A DNA stretch of 64,000 bases, from the NCBI RefSeq assembly GCF_001194135.2, contig NC_068987.1:47624122-47688121 (forward strand), written 5' to 3'. A model generated the notes under the pieces. That model searched no databases. It had not been told where the DNA came from and worked only from the letters and a program-made list of their open reading frames with translations. The stretch comes from Octopus bimaculoides (lineage: Eukaryota). Position 1 is the stretch's first letter. Each line of letters opens with the position of its first letter. The translations under genes were made by a program, and so were the position numbers. This document shows, in pieces, positions 25,128-38,657 of the stretch.

Positions 25128-25197
25128 GCAATATTCCTGCTGATAATGTCTAATACATCTCGCGCAATATTCCTGCTTATAATGTCTAATACATCTC
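25128..25197. repeat. 36-bp-period tandem duplication
   Basis: GCAATATTCCTGCT(G/T)ATAATGTCTAATACATCTC at 25128 and 25164. Confidence 0.93.
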
Positions 25198-25345
25198 AAA
25201 AAGTTTCATTTGATAGGTTTCTTTAGTTGTCCCCAGCTATAAGATCTAACACATAAACCAGAGCAAACAACAAAATTACAGTTATTAACACTAAACACAC
25301 AAATAAAACAGTAGTACTTTAAAACTCAGTCATAATTAGGTATGT

Positions 25346-25567
25346 TTAAGCCTTTTTATATCAACCCACCCAAAACTGCCTATGGTTCTATGATGCAAAC
25401 ATTTCAAAGTGATCTAAATTAAAACCTTTTCTCAAAATTCCATGTTAATTTATATTTCAAACATCAGCTTAATAATGACAAGGTTATTTTATCAAATTCC
25501 TTATTTTCAAAATTAACTGAAACAAAGGCAGTATTTTTCAACAGAAATATAGTAACAAAAGGGTTAA
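25346..25567. mobile_element. TTAA-flanked MITE, family M1
   Basis: TTAA at 25346-25349 and 25564-25567. Termini (G)CCTTTT..AAAAGGG and an internal sequence shared with the other M1 copies. Confidence 0.75.
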
Positions 25568-27698
25568 AAGAATTAAACACAAGAAACAAATACACAAAGT
25601 GAGTTCTAGCAGAATAAAACAGGTAACAGTATTAAAATATTTCCTACAGTTAAAGCTCTAGTTACAATTTCTGATTTCCTGATCAATAATGTCACAATGT
25701 TGTGTAGACATTTTTGAAGACCCTGTATTCATTTATTTACAAGTCTCTACATCTTAGGACCACATACTTGGCTGATAATAAATACAGTGATGGTTAAAAT
25801 ACTGCTAAATACTACACTTCAAAAAGAACAAATGTTGAGATATTCATGTGCCCTAACTTATAGCATACTCCTAAGCATTTTGATTGGCTGTCTCAATGCA
25901 ATAAATTTGCATAAAGCGTTGGTTGAGGTTATTTAAAATAAAATATATTAAAAAAACTACCAACAAATATTCTAGAACTGAACAAGAGAATAAAAATAAT
26001 CATTAACAATCACATGTAAATGAGATCAATTAATTATATTTAAAACCAGTTTAATAAAAAAAAAAATATTAGAAAACTTAAACTCCCAAACACAATTGCC
26101 AGTAAAAATTATATTCATGAAAGTTTGGTATTAGTCAAAGGGTAAAGCTTTTTGTATTCAATTTTTAAACTTTAAATGAACACTAAAGTGAAATATTCCT
26201 GAAAGTACTTAAGAACTTGACAGTTGTTTTAAAAAGTAGTATGTGTCATTCCAAAACATTTCATTATTATTACTGATAAAGATATTCATAAATATAAAGA
26301 TACTTATAAAGCTATTTGTTCAGCTATGGTTATTTTTAGATTCTGTTTAGATAGCTTTAAATAATGCACAAATGCACAATTTCATTCCTCTGATGGTACT
26401 TTAAAAGAACATCAATATTGAAGCTTATTACTTATATTTGATCACAGTCAATTCCTGCACTATAAAGTTGATTGAATTAATGCATTATAAAAACTTAAAG
26501 ATATTTGTCAATCTTATATCATAAACCCCAAATGAAATTTAGCTTTACACATAGGAAAGAAGGGTATTTATTTATTTATTTATTTATGTGTTTCAGTCAA
26601 GTGGCTGCGGTCATGCTGGTGCACCACCGTGAGGTGTATTAATATATTTTTGTTTTGTAAATGGCTTGAATAAACTGGTTAGATAGAACTTAAATTCAAA
26701 TGATTATATTTTTCTATTTATTCAGAGGAAGACAAGTAACATCCATAAATTTTGCAGGTCCTCACAGACTAGTGAGATCCATACTATTAATGCTCATCTC
26801 ACACTGCCTCAAGGGCATGAAAGAAGGGTAAGAAAGCCGCAATTCTGGGAATAAATGATTGGGAAAATGTTTTTAGTGCAGGGCTTAGTGGAGGAGATAG
26901 AGAAAGGATGACAAAAATAAAAGTGGAGATAGACTGGACAAGTATGGTGTGTGTATGCATGTAGATGGGTACCTTGGTTGGTATGGAGCTAAGCCTATTT
27001 GAGAATTAAGGTCTAAAGAAATTCAAGCAAAGATTTTAAAATATTTATCTGTGTACAAATATCAACAGTTTATATTTAAAAAAGAAATTAACAAAAAGGT
27101 ATAAACAATGTAAGAAAGGAAGGAAAAACTTTGAGCAAATCAGGTTTGAACACAGTTGAATATATAGATTAACAAATGTTTTAATATAATTTTGAAAATA
27201 AATTTACATATTTCTTTTCTCGCTGTATATTTCACCCCAACATGATTAATAGCATTAACTACTTCATTTGTTGGCATTAAAAATGAGTTTCTGAGGCTGT
27301 AGGCAAAAAGAAGTTGTACAGAGCCCACATTAACAGTTATATTTATGTTGTTGGTTGTAGTCAGGTACAAAGGCTAGAGTTAGTAGTGGTCAAATAATGT
27401 ATATAGTATCAAGTTCCCAGTATGTGTACATGAACCAGTAATTTGGTGTGACACCATGATACTTATGGCCTAGAATGGATACTTGTGAACAAGTTTCAAA
27501 TCTACAGTTCTGCAATTTAAATTTGTCCCAAGTTGACTAAGTTTACGATACTGAGAAGTTGTTTATCAGACACATTCCAACTGATATGGTCACAAAGTGA
27601 AATTTTGTGAGAAAGGTCTGTAGGCAACAAAACTATATCCTATCCTGATTAATACTCAAGAAACTTGGTAAAATGTCGGCTCTATGAGGCTGTCTTGA

Positions 27699-27882
27699 TT
27701 AATCCTTTTTGTTGCCAAAATTTTAGTGAAATACACTGCCTTTGTTTCAGCCATCATTAAGCTGGCCATTGGAAAATAAATTAACATGAGCTTTTGATAG
27801 GTTTTAATTTAAATCACTTTAAAACCAGCAGTTTGTATCACAGGATCAAGAGTGATCTCAGGCAGCTTGGTATAAGGGTCAA
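27699..27882. mobile_element. TTAA-type MITE, family M1 (opposite orientation, internally deleted)
   Basis: TTAATCCTTTTTGTT..AGGGTCAA termini. The interior is the reverse complement of 25346-25567. Confidence 0.65.
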
Positions 27883-29180
27883 TTATATCCACCACATATA
27901 TATATAAAGGATTAACTGATTATTTAACATTTAGGTAAAATAAAGCAATTGCTAAACTATTGCTACTTAGTCAATGATCAAAGGTGTTCCAGCCATGACC
28001 ATCCTAGTTTTGCATACCAAGGGCTACAAAGTTCACAGTAGGATATGATTTGTGGTTGATTTGGCTGTGGAATGATTACATAGAGGCTCTGTCATTGGCT
28101 TCCAAATGATTATATGTAATCAATGTTATAAATTAAATGGTTAATCAGTTCTATTTCTTTTTTTCTTGTAATAGAAATGGCAATTGTGATAGTTCATGCC
28201 ATTGGATAAAAAATGTAATGAAGAGAAATATCTATGACTGTCAGTCTAAATCACTCGGTTAGGGCTTGTGTGCAGGGTGTGTATATGCATAATTAAATGA
28301 CTTATTCCAAAAAATAGCTTGTGAAATAAGATCATCATTTCACCACAATGTGGTACAAACAGGAACCTGTTGCTGGGTTGATGTTGTCTGTCTTTTCACT
28401 GTTCCCTTACTGCAAAATAATACTGACCATCACAACAAACAAGTGGCATTGCAAATTGTAAGGGAGTTGTTTTCTCATTAACTAGCAAAATGCTGAGTTG
28501 AAACCCCAACCTCCATAGGTATGACTTGAAATGTGTATGAGCGTATGGCGTCATCTTTATCCCCAAGTGTGACAAGATAGTAACCATGTTTTCTGGTCTT
28601 AAAGATCAAAAGCTATTTATAAATCAGTTTATATAAACAAAAGAAATAACTAATGAAATAAATAATATATATCTCAATAAAACTTTACTGGTCAATAACT
28701 AAGAGGTAAAAACTCAACACCAATGAGCCAATGGAGGTGCCTCCACATGTTTAATTAATCTGCTGGAAATAACAACCAGATCTGTTTTGAAATAATACTA
28801 ATGTCGTAAGTGATTCATGTAGTGCTAAGTATGAAATAAAAATGGAATGATCATAGGTGGTACACCTTTTAATAAGTATGCTAGATAAAGACTGACAAGG
28901 GACTAAAAGAGAACAACTTAACACTTATATAGCAAATGTCAGCAGAATAATTTCTAATTGTGCTCTCTAGAAATAAGAAAAGAAAAAGTACTGGTTTCTT
29001 ATGTAAAAAGCTTCAAGTATATAATAAGGGAAAGAAGGAGATGAAAAGTTAGGGTATTCAGGATTATCCCAATGGTATTTATTAGACATGAAAATGAATG
29101 AAATAGCAAACTAGAAACTAAAACTTTGCTCCTATAGAAAAGAGTTACAAAACCTGATGTAAAGAAAGCAGATCTTATTA

Positions 29181-29325
29181 CTAAGATATGAAATGGCTTA
29201 TAGTACCCTCAGCTCCATGGTAGTAATCAAGATGTTAAATAATTTATGGCACCCTAAGCTCCAAGGTTGTGACTTAGATATGAAATATTTTACAGTGCCT
29301 ACAACTCCATGGTGGTGATTTAAAT
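29181..29325. repeat. Decayed minisatellite of about 46 bp, about 3 units
   Basis: AGTACCCTCAGCTCCATGGTAGT (29202), GGCACCCTAAGCTCCAAGGTTGT (29248), AGTGCCTACAACTCCATGGTGGT (29294). AGATATGAAAT occurs at 29184 and 29277. Confidence 0.65.
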
Positions 29326-31785
29326 GAGGAGGAGACTGAAATAATGAAAAGAGACTTCTGGAAAGTGAACACCTGACATGACAGATTGAAACCAATTCCA
29401 GAGTTGGTAACACATTGTATCTGTTTGGCCATTTCATCTCTACAATATCAGAATAGCAAATTTAGAATAAAAATCCCCAGACAAGCTGAAAGGAGATACA
29501 TATTTCTTTTTGCTAACAGTGGCCACTATCAACTAGCTGGAACGAGTGAAAGAGAGACTGCTTTTGGATAACTAGAGTATGTATGTAATTGCATTCATAT
29601 TCAACATGTGTTCCTATGAAAATGCATTGTTACTTAATGTAGCATTTCAGTCATTCTTTTATGGAACTGGGCATTAATTTATTGTCCTTGTACTCATATG
29701 AAATATAACCCTTACTGATGGACCTTGATTTAAAAAAAAACAAAAAAAAACACTAGATACCTACAGATACAGACACAAGGCAAGGAAACACCTACTATAC
29801 AAACAAGTGCAACTTCAGCAGATGGCATGGTGTATAGAGTTTAAAAGTGAGTAAAACAAATCATTTGGTATTAATAGTCATTTGGTATTGTTAATCTTTG
29901 GAATGTAAACAAGTAAACTATATACCATGCTATGCTGCTCTTTAATTAACTCGAAATAGTACCAAAGGTGAAGCATGTCAAAATGATGACCTTTCAAAAT
30001 TTGAAAATTCAACTTTTGACTAAATGTAAACTATTAAATAGTTTGTTCGTGCCTTATTTGGGGTCATAATTGGATAAATTGAAATGATGAAATAAAACAC
30101 ACATGCAAGATGTAATAGCTTCTGAGCTATGAAGAACTTCAAAGGTCAGTCAGCATCTGAAAGACAAATCTCTCTCTGGATAGGATGCCAGCCTATCACA
30201 AGTGACTTTTTGAAATGGTTTAATATTTCTCTTTCCTTATTTATCTATCTATCTATCTATCTATCTATCTGTGTGTGTACTCAATAGAGCAAGGTCAACT
30301 GAAACCAAAAGTGTATTACCTAAATATATAAAGAACTACCTTTAAAAAATTTCAAAGATAAAACCTTAGAAGGTAACAGCCCAATACCATATCCACTTAG
30401 CATTTGTATGCTGTCACAAGTGCTGTAATGTGTTTCTAGATCAGAAAAAAACTTTTCAATGCTCCAGACTATCTGTCTAAATGTAGGTGTCATAGCTAGA
30501 CAGAGTCCACCACAATAAGTATGGAAGAGTTGGGATGGTCTTGTCTATCAGACAAGCATTTTGTTAGCTTCAGTGCCAAGCTCAAATCCTGTTGCTAGCA
30601 TAAACTGGAATGTTAAGTATTGCCAAGCTAATTTTCCTGAGACGCCCAATACAGAAGCAGGATGTGGGGGGAAGTAGTGGTCATGTCTCCCTGACTCCTT
30701 AGGTCACACCATCAAACTTTAATTACTTCCTTCATCAATCAGCTACTTAACTATCTATTAGGAAATGTAATATAAACATGAACAAAAAACTAGAAACTAA
30801 AAGAACACTCAAAACAAATTTATAGAAGAACAAACTACGAAAAAAAAACTGGATGAACACTCAATAATATCAAATATGAAGAAAAAATAAACTCTAAAGT
30901 AAAATTATAAAATATAAAGAGTTTCAACTTTCCATTTTTTTTTCTTTCCTTTCTTTTCTCTGGAGATCTTCATTGGAATTTTTCTAAAATATAATTATTT
31001 GTAATATACAAAGGTTGGTAGTGCTTAAACCTTTGGCTAAGCTCTATAGAAAAAGAGAGCAGCAACAGTACCAATAAGTAAAAAAAAAAAACTAAAAAAA
31101 ACACCTAATTACAATGAATAAAAAGATGAAAATTGAGAAACTTTCTATATAAAAAACCGACCCAAAACATGAATTTGTGTATTTTTGCTGGACTATAGTA
31201 AAAAAAAAAAAAAAAAAAAGTGTGTGTGTGTGTGTATAGAGCTTTACAAATAAAATGACAAGAATGTATATATGCATGTTTGTAGGAATATACAAAGATG
31301 CGTGTACAAAAAGGCTACAAATGTATATCCATATCAGAACACCTGCATGTATGTTTGCTGAAAGTACCAAGTTCATCAGAAAGTAGTAGAGAATAGAAGA
31401 GGAAGTAGAAGGAATGTTCCAGAAACCAGAGCAACACCTGGCCAGGACTTACTTTGCTCAATTACAGCAGGGATTGCACCATTTGCATCTGCCTCTTCTA
31501 CCACAAGAGATTTGTTGTTTTTCTTTTTTAGTATTAGCTGGCCATTCCAACCATCCTCATCAATACTCATACATACACCCATCTGTATTATATTGACAGT
31601 ATTTCTTCTGAAACTGGCTTTATTCTTTGAAACAGGAATTCATTAAAAATGTCAGTTAAAACCCTCAGACCTCCACAAAAGAAGATATGGAGAGAAAAAA
31701 AAAAGGGAGGGGTGCCATCTTTTGTACTACCACCACAAATATAAAATCTTATTAGGAAATGATGAAGTACTATACAAGTCATCTT

Positions 31786-31822
<37 letters not shown>

Positions 31823-32501
31823 TAAAGCAGTTTATATATCAAGGTAAGTCAAAATCTCAAGACATGATTATTAAAAATACAAATTTACTACATTATCATA
31901 AATGTCATTTGTCATACCAAATGACAGCATAACTGCCAGAGCTTGGCTATGGATAATGCTTGTCTGTTCTTAGCAAGAAGAAATCAACTTTTTATATATA
32001 TATATATATGTGTGTTTGTGCATGTAATTTGAATAATCAAATACACTATTTCATGTACTGAATGTGGGCACAAACATTTTCATCATATAATTTAAAATAT
32101 GTATAACCCTAGCTTCAACTCTAAGCCACCTTGTAGATGGACGAGAGAAACCTGAGAAAAAGAAAGTGCAACACTGTATACTGCCTTCTCTAATTTTGTC
32201 TTTTTCCTAATATTTATTTACCAATAAAAAAAAAAGGCAGAAATTTAAAAAAAATTCCTGGAGTTAATTGGAAATTGAAAGACCACCACATTTTTGACTA
32301 CGCTATAACAGAAAGTATGTATCATCATGATAACAGTGATATCTGGAAAATATAACTACCAGACCATTACATTGTATATTTTTAAGATCAATAAAATATA
32401 ATTGGAAGATAACTAATTTAATATCATGATTTTTCTACAATAACTGAACCAAATTGAAAAAAAAAAAATCTAAAAGATAAATTTTTTGGGAGGGGACTAT
32501 T

Positions 32502-32786
32502 TTAACCTTTTACCTACCAGTGATCTCATATGAGATCACTTAAAAATTACAAATTTCGTAATTATCTGTCAATATTTACACATACCTAACCTTTTTGCTA
32601 AATCTACTAGGTATATTTCTCTGATATTCAAATGAGGTTTGCTAATTTTTCACCCAATATCTCGCTTATTTCTATTTAAAATGTTATTTTGATAATCCCA
32701 GCGCGTTTCTAAGGCTGTTTTATGCTAGAAATCAAAGTTTCATAAAAAAATTCCAGTTAATAGAATTATGGGAGGTAATGGGTTAA
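32502..32786. mobile_element. piggyBac-like non-autonomous element (family M2) with TTAA TSD
   Basis: TTAA|CCTTTTACCTACC ... GGAGGTAATGGG|TTAA. A perfect 20-bp palindrome, GTGATCTCATATGAGATCAC, lies at 32520-32539. Confidence 0.7.
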
Positions 32787-33643
32787 ATCCTAAATATAAT
32801 GAACTTATTGTATACAGTGCTCAGGTGCAAAAGAAAGATAGATTTGATCCAATATAAATTAAGAAAGCAAATGCAAGTGCCAGCTTTTGTCCTATCATGA
32901 GGGGTATATTTAATATATACAATTATTGAATTTTGGTGAAGTTATTATACACCTTACATAATATATAGTTACAATGATAATTATATTCACTTTTAGTTGA
33001 TTATTTCATAAAAGGTAAACAGTGGAGTGTAATATATATATATATATGTATGTAATAATATTACAGAATGAGAACATAAATGTGAATATATATGCATGTG
33101 TTTTCAAGACTGAAGCAATTTGACTTAGTCCTAAGACACAACAGGATCAAATCACTTGCCAAATCAGTGTAACAAGAATATACAACATATTCTATGAATA
33201 ATTGTTGCTTAATGTTAAATAAATCTGAGGTAAAACTCTAATAAAAAAGAAAAAAAAATCAAGTATCAGATATAATGGATCAGTGAGTGAAAATTACAAG
33301 TTCACTTAATGACAAAGTTCTTATTGTGTATACACAAACAGATGTATACAGACACAATGTATACAAATATGCATTGTGCTAGGAATCTGTCGAAGAGTAT
33401 TTCTGGACTTAAAAAATTTTAGTCATCTAAAATCTATGGATAAACATCATCAGATGTACACAGAGAAAAGAAAGAATAAGGTAAGTAATCAGGCTTCTGC
33501 TATAAAAAGACTGGCCATTTTAAGTGTTTTATTTAAAAATTTGGACAAGAAACAATCATTCACTGTAACAAACATTATCACACAATTCATAGAATATACA
33601 CTCACACATGCGACTTGTAATACAAAATACACTAGACACACAC

Positions 33644-33653
<10 letters not shown>

Positions 33654-33732
<79 letters not shown>
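33654..33732. repeat. (GA)n microsatellite
   Basis: Direct read. Confidence 0.97.
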
Positions 33733-33733
<1 letters not shown>

Positions 33734-34219
33734 ATTTAAAACTCAAAAATCTTCATTAGGCTAGAAATACATATATGTATAAACACACACATATACGCAA
33801 ACATATTAGCAATGAATCACAGTAAACATGTGCTTTACTATGCTTTTTCAATTTTGAGATCTGCTTTCAAGAAAGGAGCAGTCTGAAGTTCTAATTTACT
33901 GATTGTTGTAAATTTGAAACCTGAGTGAAAGCAGAATGTGCATGCATTCGTGTACACACAAATGCATGTCCAAATGTCTAGCCTGAGACAAAGTTTTATG
34001 AGCAGCTAAATACAGCAGTGACTCACACAATCCATTCTCCATCAAAATTTCTTAATTGTCTTTTGGTATATAGACTGCTTTGAAAAGTGTATAATATCCA
34101 TACAACAAGGAATGGTCTGAGGAATAATAGTTGGCATTTTTATTTGAAGGAATGTTTCCAACAGCAGGCAAATATGAGGTATAAACTGGGAGTAGCTAAA
34201 CTCTATATGTGAGTGTGTG

Positions 34220-34223
<4 letters not shown>

Positions 34224-34302
<79 letters not shown>
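34224..34302. repeat. (TG)n microsatellite
   Basis: Direct read. Confidence 0.97.
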
Positions 34303-34304
<2 letters not shown>

Positions 34305-36043
34305 TATATTATCTACAATGCTTATTAAAAGTACTAAAACAATGCAGGTTTGATTTTTTGTTTTGTATAATTTTTTTCCCGTTTTTGATATTTTTCTCTC
34401 ATCCCATTGTGTTACAATAATAATAATGGAGATTGGAACAAAATTATGGGATTTCTTAGAAATATTCAAGAATTACTAAACATTTAAGATTGAATACCTA
34501 TGGGAGAAGATGAGAAATAAAATTCCATTTAAAAAATAAGAATTTCAAGAATCATTTCTTAAGTTTCATGGAACTCCCATTTATGAATGGAAATTCTTTA
34601 AATATTTGAGAAAATAAGAAAAAAATTCATTGCATTTCGAAATATTCTAAATATATTTTTTTTTAAATCTAAAAAATTTGATATTTCATTTTGTCTTTGG
34701 TTGAGTTGAATGATTATTTCTATGATTTCATCAAATTTTTATAGAAAACTTCAATCTCTTCAAAATTCTTACGTTTCTTATTTTCACCAACTGTCATACA
34801 GTTTTGGAGATCACTTTAGCTGTTTTTAACTGATTTCAGTGTTCCAATGGGGTTTATTTAATTGACTATTAAGAGATGAACAACAAAGTCAATCCTGGCA
34901 GAAGATGAAGTCAGAACATAAAAAGACACAGCTGAAGAATTCAAGGCCTTTAATCTGACACTATCATTTTTGCCATTCCACTTAGAAAGATAATTATTAT
35001 TAGTGCAGTGGAATAGCAGAAACAGCAGAGCAATGGAAAAAATATCTTGCAGTAATATTAGTTACATCATCCTGCATTCAAAGTCTAATGCCACCAAAGT
35101 AAACTTTGCCATTCAGTCTCTGGGGTAGATAAACAACTACCAACTAAATACTAGTTGATGTAATTGACTGTCCCTCACCACTAATATGGCCTTGTGCCCA
35201 TGTTAGAAATCATCATCATCATTATTATTATTATTATTATTATAGCTCAATAAGAGAGGAAAAATTAAGAAACAACAATTTTGATTATATTTCAATAAAT
35301 CTCATTGAATTGATTTGAATCCTATCTCAAAATTTTGAGCAATTCAAGAAGGGAGGTGAAAACAATATGCTTGAATATGAGTGACCTATGAGTAATTAAT
35401 TAGTATATATAATATATATGTATATATATATATATAATGTGTGTGTGTGTGTCTTTTGTTTCATTTTATAAATCAGGTAGGGAAAGGCATATGAAAAAAT
35501 GAATCTTTAAAAAAAATCATTTTTTTTACTGGGGGAATGTAAGGTAGAGGGTGGGGAGCTTGTGGGGCATTTTATCTTTTCTTTTGTTCAGCCAATAGTC
35601 CAATAGTCCATTGTTTAAAACTATTCAGTAATCATAATATACAGACATCATGACTTCATACATGCCATGGGAAGAGAATAGAATAGGGGAGGAGGGAGGA
35701 AACAAGTGGGGGAGGCAGTGTGTAAAATAGTGGTGATGGTGGGGTCACAAAGACAATGAAGACATACAGAAAGACAATGTGGACAAGACAAAGTATTTGT
35801 GACTTACCAAGTAACATTTTACCACCCGCTAATTAAATAAGTTGATTGAAATAAAACCTCTAATCCAGCCCCAAAAGAGGAAAATTAAGCGGATATTTTA
35901 TTTGAGGTAGGAAGGATAGAATGATGAGGGAAGGGGCGTAGGATATGAAGATGGCAAACAGATTTGGGGAAGCTTTTTCTTTCTTCCTAAACTGTATTTT
36001 TTCTCTAACCATCTCTTCTTTTTTACTCAAAAAGATAAAAACA

Positions 36044-36085
<42 letters not shown>

Positions 36086-37194
36086 AATCATAAGTTTTCA
36101 AGACTAATATTTTGTCCTCCTCCCTTCTTTTACACCTGATTAATACAAGCAACAATAAGTATGAGTAAGTAAGATGTCTTTTTTTTTACCACTCTACTCT
36201 TTTCTTTCCCATAGTTATAGAAGTTGAAGGTGGAGAGAACAAAACAAAAATAACAAAATTTTTTTAAAAACAAATCATAGGGCTGGTGGGCAAGGGTGTG
36301 GGAGAGCAGAGATCAAGCAGATAATCAGGCTGCAAAATGCTCAGAAGTAGTGGTTAATATAATGATTGGCTGATTCAGTCCGCATGACACAACAGCACTT
36401 CATTCCAATTGGTCGTTAGCGCCTTCCAGAACCTAGGTAAAATGGTTAGAGAAAAAGGGGTGTTTTTTAAAAACAACAAGCTTTCCATCGAACAATGAAA
36501 TTTTTTTTTTTTTTGTTTTTATTCGACATCAAAATAACTTAAGAAAAGAAAGAGAGAAGATGCACATATGTACACATATAAATATATATGTATATTTTTA
36601 TAAAAAAAAAAAGAAAAAAAAACATTATGCAAGTTCATGATCAGAAAGTACCTGTATGTTGAAGCTGTTTCTGTATGTATGTATGAATGTGTATATATAT
36701 ATATATGTGTCATTTAAAGAGCCAAGAGAAAGCTAGCGTCATGGTTCATGCTAATATTGCACAATGCTTCAATGCGAGATTATTTGGTTTCAAATGAGAT
36801 ATACTTTGAAAGTTCTAGTTGTAAGAAAAGAGAAAAAACTGTGTGGACGTATGTATGTGTATGTATAAGATTCTTCCGATTTTCCAACTGTTGGTAGTTG
36901 TAGATATATATATATATATACACACATATATATATATATACATCTTCCTTCAATAGAGCTCCAGGCAAATGGTGATAGTTGTTTATGCATATAAATCTAA
37001 TCAGATCTTCCCACTATATGTCACATGTGCTGCATGTAGAATGAGGGAGACAAAGAAAGAGAGATGGAGAGACAGAGACAGACAGACAAAGGGAGATATA
37101 TATAAAGTTACGAGAGGGGCAAGGGTTAATGGGTAGCAAAAGCACGTAGTTTTTTTATTTTTTGTTTAAACACTGGTTTCATGCACGTCATGCC

Positions 37195-37239
37195 TCAACC
37201 TAAACCATGATCTTCAAAGAACCCCTGGGGTGTCTCCTC
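37195..37239 (-). CDS. AP1S2: AP-1 sigma, distal terminal coding exon (EETPQGFFEDHGLG*)
   Basis: gttatttctag|GAG GAG ACA CCC CAG GGG TTC TTT GAA GAT CAT GGT TTA GGT TGA. Phase 0 fits the LLQE donor. It aligns with vertebrate sigma1 tails (EAETPRSVLEEIGLT) and the protostome ETPQ.FF.DHGLG tail (recalled). Confidence 0.92.
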   Translation of the reverse strand, partial: EETPQGFFEDHGLG

Positions 37240-38068
37240 CTAGAAATAACGGAATAAATTATCAGAGATAATAACTTGAAAAAAAAAGTTTATTTTTAAT
37301 AAATATTTTTTAAAATATACAGAAAAAAAACACCAATTTAAAGCATCTTAGCACTAGATAAGTTCATATATATATATATATGTATATATATAAAATTAGG
37401 GACCTGCTGTCTGGATAGCCAGTGCTTACTCAGACTGCAACTATAAATACAAATAATTTCCAATTCTTTGAAATAAAATTCTTACTGAATGACTGCATAG
37501 AATTTAGTATTTAATTCAATAAATGAGGACTATTTTGATGACAGGCAGCTACAATTAATTTCCACTTCCCTCTCAGTTTAAATGTATGAATATTAAATTC
37601 CACATGCTTGAAGTCCAGCTCCATTGCACTTAATATATAGTTTGAAATGAAGGCAGTAATCAAACGTGCACACTCTGAAAGTGTATGCATGTGTTTAATA
37701 AATAATCTCATTTTAAGAGACATTATTTCATTTAAGAGACATTATTTCATTTAAGTTTATAAAATAGTTATTATATATATATATATATATATATATANNN
37801 NNNNNNNNNNNNNNNNNNNNNNNNNNNNNNNNNNNNNNNNNNNNNNNNNNNNNNNNNNNNNNNNNNNNNNNNNNNNNNNNNNNNNNNNNNNNNNNNNNNN
37901 NNNNNNNNNNNNNNNNNNNNNNNNNNNNNNNNNNNNNNNNNNNNNNNNNNNNNNNNNNNNNNNNNNNNNNNNNNNNNNNNNNNNNNNNNNNNNNNNNNNN
38001 NNNNNNNNNNNNNNNNNNNNNNNNNNNNNNNNNNNNNNNNNNNNNNNNNNNNNNNNNNNNNNNNNNNN

Positions 38069-38109
<41 letters not shown>

Positions 38110-38624
38110 CAGATTCAAAGGTCTAATGTAGGAAGTAAGCTTTGACCAGTCCGTCGTCGGTATTAAAAAAATCAATGTTCAGGAACAATTATAATTGGTT
38201 TCAAAGGTAATAGGCTTTCACCATATCAAAATTTGGTAAGCAGAAAAAGTTTGTTGATAGCTCCTGGTTAGCAACATGAGATGCTATGAAGGCAAATAAA
38301 AATCCCAAATTAACTCGCCAAAGAAAGATATTTCAAATTATATCTGCAGCAAGTTGATTCCTTAATGACTATGTAACCTTCATATAATTACAGTATCTTC
38401 AGTCTGATGAGTAGCTAGTGGAGTACCCCTCATTGAGTAATTGTTACATTGAGGATCTGCTACCTGGGAAACATATATGTAGCCTGGATTTTACCTGCTC
38501 CACTTCTTCAATTTGGATATATGATTTATGTAAAGCACAAATTGATTCATGTACTTTTCAGTACATAAATATTTTACTAACAGTATTCAGTTCTTATTTT
38601 TGCTGACATATACCCAAAACATAT

Positions 38625-38657
<33 letters not shown>

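Noticed and set aside
29181-29325. CRISPR-like repeat-spacer pattern
   Set aside because: The units are degenerate along their whole length with no unique spacers, no cas genes are present, and the context is eukaryotic.
31453-31497. 45-nt exon-like segment (EEADANGAIPAVIEQ) with a GTAAGT donor on the minus strand
   Set aside because: The acceptor is weak, phase 1 is incompatible with the AP1S junction, and no partner exons were found.
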